Below are positions 54,434-64,000 of a stretch of DNA of 64,000 bases, piece by piece. The DNA is from Octopus sinensis (taxonomy: Eukaryota). A program made the position numbers and the translations under genes. How positions within the stretch are numbered: the stretch's first letter is position 1; the number at the start of each line of letters is the position of its first letter. A model generated the notes under the pieces. That model did not search any database and was not told the origin of the DNA. It saw only the letters and a program-made list of their open reading frames with translations. The stretch spans positions 4,216,001-4,280,000 of the forward strand of contig NC_043009.1 of assembly GCF_006345805.1 (NCBI RefSeq). The letters are read 5' to 3'.

Positions 54434-55302
54434 AGCTTTCTACCAAGCTTCATCAAAAAATTATTGGTCAAGACGAAGCTTTAACATGCAAATAAACACA
54501 GAACCTTCCCATTGTGGAATGGATTTCTTATCCATTCAGCAATTTCTGTTTAAATACCTACCAACCAACATACATGCATACATACACGCACATATATGTA
54601 TGTATGTGTAGATTTGTACTACATAAATATATATAAGTATGTATTTATGTATATGAGTATGTATACATGCATATAAATATGTATTTGAATATGTGTATGT
54701 ATATAAATATGTATATGTATATGAGTATGTATAAATGTATATAAATATGTATGTGAATATGTGTATGTATATAACTATATATACATATATATATAAAGAG
54801 AGATAGATAAATAGATATACTTCTAGCTGTCATGTAACAGTAACCCAACGCCGCAAAATACGTATCTAATAATACTAAGAGAGCATAGAAAACCATCACT
54901 AAACAACAACACCACCAATACAAACACACGACGACAGTAAAACCAACGAAAACAAAAAAAGAACCTACTCAGACACCATCGATACCACTCAGGATCCTCA
55001 CCAGCACCACCACTACCAACCCGTCGACCTGTTACCCACACCCTTTCTTTTATTTATTTATATATTCACAATTTTTTTTCTTGATTTTGTTGTTGTTGTT
55101 GTTGTTGCTGGCAATTTTTTTCTTGTTATATAGATTTATTGATAAGGACTGGACGTAGGAGTTAATGAGGCTTGAGTTGAAGAGTTGAAAATGATAGCGA
55201 TCAGCAATCCCAAGAACCGAAAGCCTATTATAAAAGTTCACGTAGACCTTTGGTGCAAAATATTCAACTAAATATTCAGTTCGACCCTTTTGAATAATAA
55301 TG

Positions 55303-55336
<34 letters not shown>

Positions 55337-55500
55337 TAAATAATATTAATGGCTCTACTATTCCTACAGGAAACGAAACTTTGCAGCCATATTCACTGTT
55401 CGTCTGTATGTGTGTATATGTAGCTGTATATATTTAAGCCTTTATTTATTTAATAGGTCTATATATTTACTGCCTTTAAAATTTTTAATTGTTATTAGAT

Positions 55501-55512
55501 CTATATATTGTA

Positions 55513-55553
<41 letters not shown>

Positions 55554-55619
55554 TATATATATATAATGTATGTATATAGATGATATATGTATATATATAT
55601 GTATATATGTATATATATA

Positions 55620-55669
<50 letters not shown>

Positions 55670-55909
55670 GTATATGTATATATATGTATATGTATTATAT
55701 ATGTCATATATATGTATGTATATATGTATCTGTATATATATGTATATATATGTATGTATATATATGTATATATATATGTATTGTATATATGTATATATAT
55801 ATGTATGTATATATATGTATATATATGTATGTATATATGTATATATATATGTATGTATATAATATGGTATATATATGTATATATATATATATATATGTAT
55901 GTATATATG

Positions 55910-55958
<49 letters not shown>

Positions 55959-56020
55959 TATATATATATGTATATATATATATATATAATATATATATAT
56001 ATTGCTATATATGTTTATAT
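55501..56020. repeat. ~520-bp degenerate (TA)n/(TATG)n tract
   Basis: Directly visible; comparable tracts at 80-190, 23640-24130, 26025-26740 and 48100-48530. Confidence 0.95.
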
Positions 56021-56276
56021 TGATTGTATGTGTTTATAAATACATGTACACACTTAGGATACATATTAGTAGGGCGCAGTTACATATTTTAAAGTCTTGT
56101 ATATGTGGATGTGTGCCTCAGTGTGTAGGTGTGTGTCTGTGTTTGGTGATCATATGTATTTTCTGTATACGTATTCGATGGTGTCCATATGTGTATGCAT
56201 GCGTACTTGTGATTCGACTTCTATACGTGTGTAATGTGGCATTGAAGATAACTAAACGATAACCACATTTAGACGG

Positions 56277-56342
<66 letters not shown>

Positions 56343-56644
56343 AGTTAATAGTAACTAATATTAAAATCTACTTTTTCATCCTCTGTCAAAGCTGTGCCGA
56401 TTCTTTGAATATATAGATATATACACACATATATATACAATTCTCCATGTACTTAATATACATTTCTGGTTTCACTCAAGATTTTACCAGGCCAACCTTA
56501 ATTGGTCACCTCTTTAAAGTGTATGAGTTGATGGGGGCTGATCACGATCAGTATGTACATCTGTAGTCGTGTTAACTCACAGCTAATTTGTTTCAGGGAC
56601 GCCATATGGCATACAGTTTTTCTTAAAGAGTGTTTATTATATAC

Positions 56645-56698
<54 letters not shown>

Positions 56699-57235
56699 TT
56701 ATCTTTTAATCTTGAGGTTGTAAGTAGTCGTGAACACTTGCTTTTCTTGAAGGATGGGATTGTAGGAGGGGCGAAATGTAAAGAAAGGTAACGAGTTGTT
56801 AAAATTGGATAAATAACTGTAAGAATTTCTGTACCGAAAATGCAATAAATTGCTTTTCTTAATCTTACCCATATTTTGTGATATGTTTTACTATTGTTGT
56901 CGTGCGTTTCTTCTCGCTCTTCCGTTTTTGTTTTTTGCTTTTTTTCCACCCTTTTCAATCTTTCTTTGCGAAAGAGAAACATCTCTGAAAAGGCAGAGAC
57001 ATGAATTTCGACAACAAACACGAATAATGTTGTAGTAAATAAAATGCAAGATAAATTCTTGATTTATTAAATATTTGTTCTTACTTTGAATTTGAGAAAC
57101 GGTAAGCGAACACCAGGTAGCAATGGCGACCAACTCTGAATCAGAAGGGGAGATAATCTCAAGAATCAACAATACTCTTGAAGTGATATTTCATTAAAAA
57201 AAAGACGTTTGTTTTCTGGAAACTTGAGATCGGCA

Positions 57236-57274
57236 GTAGACACGTGTTTCTGTCTCAACAGGCGTCATCTGCAC
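57236..57274 (-). ncRNA. Type-I hammerhead-like relic
   Basis: Minus strand: gtg-CAGATGA-cgcct-gttg-agaca-GAAAC-acgt-GTC-tac. Palindromic stem III, GUC triplet and 3-bp stem I; U4>A core change and two stem II mismatches. Confidence 0.45.
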
Positions 57275-57762
57275 AGAAGTTTTCCTACCTTGAGTCCAGA
57301 CAGACGATAATTCTTAAATAAGGAGCAAAAATTATTTACAGCTTAGGGTAATTTATATAACCACAAGAAATATATACATAGTTTACATTATCTTTATTAC
57401 TGGCGCTCAAAATCTTTGGGGTGCCACTTTAGACACTCTGGCAGTCAGCAATTGCCACTGATACTTTATTTCACATAGAATGCCCGTGGTGTTAATATCT
57501 GTTCAGTTCTTAATGGTTCTTGACCTTTGAGCGAGATTTGAACTCGAGCAAGATTGGAACAAACTTATTGGTCCACGCATAACAGACTGATTGGGGTGTA
57601 CTTTTAACGGCTTCCATGTAGGTTTAGCTGTAAAGTAGATGGTTTTTTCTTCACTGTTGGAACGTGTAAACAGGAAATTCGCTAAATCTCTGTTGCAATT
57701 TGAATAGCAAAGAAGTATTTATGTTGACATATTATATGTAGTCAGAAAATAAATTAAAGAAT

Positions 57763-57796
<34 letters not shown>

Positions 57797-58636
57797 ACAC
57801 CACACACACACACACACATATGTATATAAAGTGGTATTCAGCAAACCACTTAAATTTAAACAAATGTAAACCTTGTTGAGTTTGAAGTGTTCGGGGTATT
57901 TATGAAACTTTAGATACTGACCAAAAACTGTAAACACTTAATTGATAAAACCAGTACTCCGCCTAACAGGATGGTGTTTTGAAGCTAGAAAGTGTTAGAT
58001 ACTGTCTACCTCGAGAGTGTTCAAAATATTCAGTTTAGGAGATAAAAAATATATAATAAAAACATCTTTTAAATAGTGTTTGGTTAAACCGGATCAAATT
58101 TTAAAGATTTTTTTTTAGATATCTAAGAAGCAGGCTTGAGTTGGCGTGAATTTTAAAGATAGGAGATGTTTTAGTTTAAACGGAGCACAGTCTTCCCCTG
58201 TGATCATGTTGTTCTTTAATCATTTGGAAAAATGTAGAAGTTAAATGCAGTATTGAATTATCAGGTTAGAACACATTAGTTCAATCTGTATTTCAATGTA
58301 TGAGTGCTCGGCAGTACACTTGGTTCTTGATTACTTCCGATTCTCCCTTAGTAATCAGGAATAGACACCAAATATTCTAAGAATGCTATCGACAATATAC
58401 TGCTGACCTATTCAAGAGATTTATGTCTCTTCCGCTTCACGTGTTAAATCCTGAACTAAGCTCCGCCTCTCATGAGTCCCTTGAGCCTACTAGATGCAAT
58501 TACGTATATATTACACTGCAAACCAGTGAGATATAAATGCACATCTGACTAGCATAACTCTTCAGAAATATATCCAAACAGGAAATACAATTCTTTCTTC
58601 ATTAGATACTTTATTTGCGTGTGTGTGTTGTGTGTG

Positions 58637-58711
<75 letters not shown>

Positions 58712-59266
58712 TGTGTGTGTGTGTATTTCCTATTCTTTGAATGATTTATGTTACACTAAGGAAAACTAAGCTAACGAGTAGATAATGTCCCTGACCTGCT
58801 TAAAAAAGTGAGCCAAAGTCCCTGTTCACGCACTACGGCCTTTAAAAGATCTGGTGGGGAAAATTACATTGGATAATATACTCTTCTACACACTACTAGA
58901 ACAATAAATCACGAAATGGTCACGGCTGGAACACCTTTCACCATTAGTTCTCCTGGGCCAGGGATGACTTGGCGCCAAACAACAATGTTAAATCAAATGT
59001 TCGATATTGGAATAGAAACATAAGCGCACGCATCATACCAACACCGTCCTGCCACACATAGCAGCGAATCGTACACATTATAACACTGTAGCGTATTATG
59101 TAACCTGATGACGTTTCTTTTTTACTGAGGCTTGCATTCGATTCCATTACATCGTTCTCCACCCACTGGCGTGCAGTGCAGATGTAAGCCGAAATGATCG
59201 TGGTGCTAAATAAAGTTTACAGTACACTCTGCCTTTCCTATCAATTATTTTACATGTGTGTGTGTA

Positions 59267-59452
59267 GCCACTACACACATTTTTTTTCTCTCCTTGTTTC
59301 TCTCTTTGTTTCTTTCTGTGTTCCTTTCTGTGGAAGAGCGTAGGCTCGAAACGTAAAAGACTTTTTCAATTCCCGAGCGTTATGCTAATACATCTGTTTG
59401 TTGTTTTCTACACCACCTGTCTTCGTCTTTTGTTTTTCTCGTGAATTCTCCC
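59267..59452 (+). mobile_element. PLE pseudo-LTR-like element ending at (TA)n, with hammerhead-like motif
   Basis: cttt-CTGTGGA-a-gagc-gtag-gctc-GAAAC-GTA-aaag at 59324-59359. Related to 12158-12354. Short inverted repeat tgtgtgtag-cca-ctacacaca at the 5' junction. Confidence 0.6.
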
Positions 59453-60142
59453 TATATATATATATATATAATGTTAAATTATTGTTTGATTAATCACGAC
59501 TTTTGTCCTTTCATAATTTGTCTTAAATAAATGGCCGATTGAAGTATCTGCTTTGTGTATTCATAAGCCAACGAGAAAGTACCAACCTACTCCTTAAAAA
59601 AAAAACTAATGGGATTCGTAGTGTATCGTGGTTTAGACATTTGCCTTGCAATCACGCGTTTGGTTTGTATCTCAATGCGCTGCATCTGAGGCATGTACCA
59701 TCTACTGTGATATGGGGTTGGCCAATAATTTGCGAAAAATTTGGTAAAAAGGGAAATAACTGTATAGAAAGTTATAAGTTTATCTACCAGTTTCTCTCTC
59801 TGATTATGCTTCTTTCGTTGTCTTTACGCTTGGTGAGGTAAAACAATTCTGGACCTCTGTCCATTTCCGAAGAATATAATTTAATTTATTTTAATGATCT
59901 CACTTCATCGAATAACTATGTACAGGACTAGAGTAAATAACTGAGGTCAATACAATCGACTAAAACCTCTTTAAGTTTGACGATGATTGATGCCAATAAA
60001 ATTGCAAAAACTATATTAAATTGTTAAAAGTGGTAGGCTTATATTTTAGATAAAAACGATACAGCTGACTCGGCACAAATATAACTAATTTAGTATCAGT
60101 ATCACAATCAAGTGAACTGAAACTGTCTAGGACTGTATAGTA

Positions 60143-60598
60143 TTTTCTATCTAGGTACAAGGCCCGAAATATTGGAGCAGGGGGCTAGTCGATTAGATCG
60201 ATACCAGTACACAACTGGTACTTAATGTATCTTTTCTACTCTAGGCACAAGGCCCAAAATTTTGGCGAAGGGGGTCAGTCGATTAGATCGACCCCTGTTC
60301 GCAACTGGTACTTAATTTATCAACCTCGAAAGGATGAAAGGCAAAGTCAACCTCGGTGGAATTTGAACTCAGAATGTAAAGACAGACGAAATATCTGTTT
60401 CTTTATTACCCACAAGGGGCTAAACTTAGAGGGGACAAACAAGGACAGACAAACGGATTAAGTCGATTACATCGACTCCAGTGCGTAACTGGTACTTAAT
60501 TTATCGACCCCGAAAGGATGAATGGCAAAGATGACCTCGGTGGAATTTGAACTCAGAACGTAGCAGCGGACGAAATACGGCTACGCATTTCGTCCGCC
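60143..60598 (-). mobile_element. SINE family B long (internally duplicated) copy plus duplicated 3' end
   Basis: Reverse complement of the 22347-22745 architecture; the 3' segment is repeated at 60143-60225 and 60231-60315. Confidence 0.9.
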
Positions 60599-61181
60599 TC
60601 GCAATTTTAGTATATTCTAAACTTAAACTTTGTACTTTATTTCAAATTCATTACAGTCCTGTTACTAACTCGAAACAGAATTATTCATAAAATGCAGGTG
60701 TATATTTTGATAGTAAGTGTAGAAGAAAAAATATATAGGATTCCCTCAAGCCTTAGTAGTTAATTAAATCTTATATGGCAAGAAAATATGATTTTAAACT
60801 TTCTTTAAAATAACTTTTCAGCTCATAACCAACTCCTTCAGAAAAGATGTTTATCTATAAAAGAGAAAACGCTGAAAAATACTAACTGCCTGGTAACAGC
60901 TGAACGCCAAACGTTTAGGTTCTAATTTTCTAATGTTTCCTTGTTTATCGATTAGATTTTTTTTCTCCTGCCTGTGTGTGCGCATGCGTATGGTGTAGGG
61001 TGTGTGTATGTTGTTTGCTGTTGGTATTTATTTGTTTATTTAATTTATTTCTCTAAACTCAATAAACGGTGTTCAGGAGCAAATGTGGAATAGAAGCAAG
61101 GACGACAGATTTATGACCGAACAACATTAAGCCAAGGTATAAATATTTAAAACTAAAAGAGTCAAAATGAATTAGGAAACA

Positions 61182-61231
<50 letters not shown>

Positions 61232-61715
61232 TAATAATGATAAACTCTGCGAAATAAACTAAAAGTGTAAATAAAATAAATTAAAGCTAGTAAGGTGTTT
61301 AACAGGAGGGTGGGGAAGACATGTGTGGTGGGTGGGAGAACGAGGTGATGGATGAAGAAAACAAGAGAAAAAGACAAGCGAGATGATAATTAAAAGGCAA
61401 CCGCAGGAAAAATGAAGGGAATAAAAGATGGCCAGTTATTGAATGGAGAAAACGTTTAAATCTTTGAACAAAAACCATAAAATGTTAATAAAACTTGTGG
61501 AAGAAGGTAAAATTAGAAAGAAGAGATAAAAAAGACAAAAAAAAGAAGCATTTGAGCTAAGACATTATAAATGAGGAACGAAAGTTGATAGATACGGATC
61601 AATAACAAGGAAAATATATGTATGCGCATATACATACATACATATATATATATATATATGTGTGTGTATGTATATTTGAGACAGAGAGAGAGAGAGACTC
61701 GCAGGGTTACACACT

Positions 61716-61758
<43 letters not shown>

Positions 61759-61792
61759 TGTATGTATGTATGTATGTATGTATGTATGTATG

Positions 61793-61832
<40 letters not shown>

Positions 61833-62429
61833 CATACATACATACGTATGTAAGTCTGTGAGTCTCTCATATATATGTAAATATATATATATATGAGAGA
61901 CTCAGGTTTACACACTCTTGTATATTTATGTATTACAGAAGTGTATAGTTGTGTGTATATATTTGGATTTACACGTGAGAGAAAGTGTTCCCAATGTATA
62001 TATATCAGGTGTTAGTAAATACTTTATTGAAAGCTGAAACTTCTCTTTGACGCCACTCAGTTTTAGGATGTTATGCTCCTTAGTTGCTTCTGAAGAGCAA
62101 CAACCTGAAACTCGGGGTTGCAGTGTAACAAAGTGTCAGTATGGCTTCGTATGTGCATGCGTTGTTATAAGTTTTTTTGTTTAAAAAGGAAACGAATAAA
62201 GTATTATGATTTAAGGCAAAGAAATCTGTTCACTGGTAGTGTTTGCATTCGTGTATTTCAAAAATAACTCTTACAAAAGTTGTCAATTTACACACATGCA
62301 CACAAACACATACATACACACACACACGCGCGCAGATATATGCATATATCGAAAAGATCAAACGTCTTTCCAGAGCCGTAGATACATACGGTTCTTGCAT
62401 TCTGTGACTTATCTCTCTTCATCGATTAC

Positions 62430-62540
62430 TCATTTTTTCCCAGCTGAGTGGATTGGAGCAACGTGAAATGAAGTGTTTTGCTCTATAACACAACTCGTTG
62501 CCTGGTCCAGGAATCGAAACCACAATCTTGCAATCATGAG
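62430..62540 (-). mobile_element. Diverged tRNA-derived SINE head (C-related)
   Basis: ctggtccaggaatcgaaaccacaatcttgcaatcatgagtccaacactctagtcacta resembles 6194-6250. Confidence 0.6.
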
Positions 62541-63238
62541 TCCAACACTCTAGTCACTAAAACAATATATATATATGTTCGATTGCGCACACGCACATAT
62601 GTGTAAACGCATATATACGATAAATTTTATAGATAGGTTTTTGTACAGAAGTATATTGTCAAAATAATATTTATTATCAATAATGCATGTTTATTTCGAT
62701 AATCTAGTATAGGCGAAACATCGTAGAAAACTGACACAATTTGGTTATAAATATATAACTAGATAGTTATGGACATGCTGTATTTCGCTGGATATATATA
62801 TGTATCTCGTGATGGTATTACACAATAAAACTAAATATATTTGCTGTAGTTATGAAGTGGTCTGGTAAGATGCAGGTAATCCAATCCGGAGCGAAACATT
62901 GGTCGATTACCCTTGTCTCACTGAAAGTCATAAACTGATATACGATATCGTGGGCAAGCTTTAAGATTGCTTGTTTATGACTGTTGTTACTATGACACTC
63001 ATACGTTTCACAAGGATCGAACGTAGGCCTATGGTTCCTTTTTTTTTTTTTTTTTTTCCCCTTTTTTGGAGTTGTGTTTGTTTTTTAATTAGTGAATCAT
63101 TAGTATGTGCACGTTAGTAGTGTTAAATGTGTTGACTCCGTATGATTCTGCAGAATAATATCTAAGGCTTTTAACCAAGTAATTTAAGAACTAATAATGA
63201 TATGAATATACAGACTATATATATATATACATACATAC

Positions 63239-63271
<33 letters not shown>

Positions 63272-63480
63272 TATATACATATTATATTTGTAAAGAGGAA
63301 AGGAGAGAGACAAGGCAGGCAAGCAGATAGGTAGAGACACAGACATCCAGATGTATTGCTACACACCCAGAAGAATAATTAAGATCGAGATAGGTACGAT
63401 TGGCAAATATGTCTGCGTGTGTAGGAGTTTATATATGTGGTTTCGCACGGTGCCCTCAAGTGGTGTGTAAATGTGTCGTC

Positions 63481-63520
<40 letters not shown>

Positions 63521-63669
63521 TATTCATTCTTATCTTCTGTTGTATTTTGTACGCACATTGAGTATAGGTCTCTTAAGAGAGCAGGTGGAATAATTGATAG
63601 AGAAAGCAAAGGCATATAAGTGTGTACATCTGAGTGTATGTATGTAGATATATATATATATATATGTTA

Positions 63670-63702
<33 letters not shown>

Positions 63703-64000
63703 ACCACATAGCACGCACATGTTCACATTTATGCCTACTTATTCAGAAACCGACATACAAAATCATAGATGAGAAAAACAACAAACGGCGCGACAACAAC
63801 TATAACAAAAACAAGAACAATAAACAACGAAATGGGGAACAGAAGCGCCATGGCTCATTAAATGTACATTTAGAGTGCGCGCGTGTATGTGGGTTCATGT
63901 GTGAGTGTGTTGACCGATGGTGGGTAGAGAACGAGAGAAAGTGGGGAGGGAGGGAGAGAGAGAGAGTTAGAGAAAGAGAAAGATGGAGAGAAAGGATTAG

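Noticed and set aside
57095-57435. Tc1-like transposase C-terminus and TIR
   Set aside because: Protein resemblance is very weak, with stops and no partner TIR. The hammerhead reading on the minus strand explains part of it better.

Overview
AT-rich eukaryotic non-coding DNA, very dense in microsatellites and interspersed repeats. The repeat families look like those of an octopus or other coleoid cephalopod; this is inferred from the sequence and was not checked against a database. I find no credible intact protein-coding gene: almost all listed ORFs are translations of (TA)n, (TG)n, (ATT)n or (CTA)n tracts or of repeats. The window holds many copies of three tRNA-derived SINE families (called A, B and C here) and an older degenerate repeat (F). 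It also holds an (AAT)n-embedded element (E), one copy of which carries a 5 x 42 bp minisatellite. Other mobile DNA includes Tc1/mariner and pogo-like deletion derivatives, Helentron/HINE-like non-autonomous elements, and relics of Penelope-like (PLE) and R4/Dong-like retrotransposon ORFs. There is one 100-N scaffold gap. The most notable unannotated signal is a dispersed set of about nine minimal type-I hammerhead-ribozyme-like motifs, several inside short (TA)n-flanked elements, consistent with PLE-derived or retrozyme-like units. The best preserved is at 20238-20289 on the minus strand. Also notable are a SINE flanked by ~130-bp direct repeats, head-to-tail SINE stacking in (ATT)n tails, and two long hairpins.
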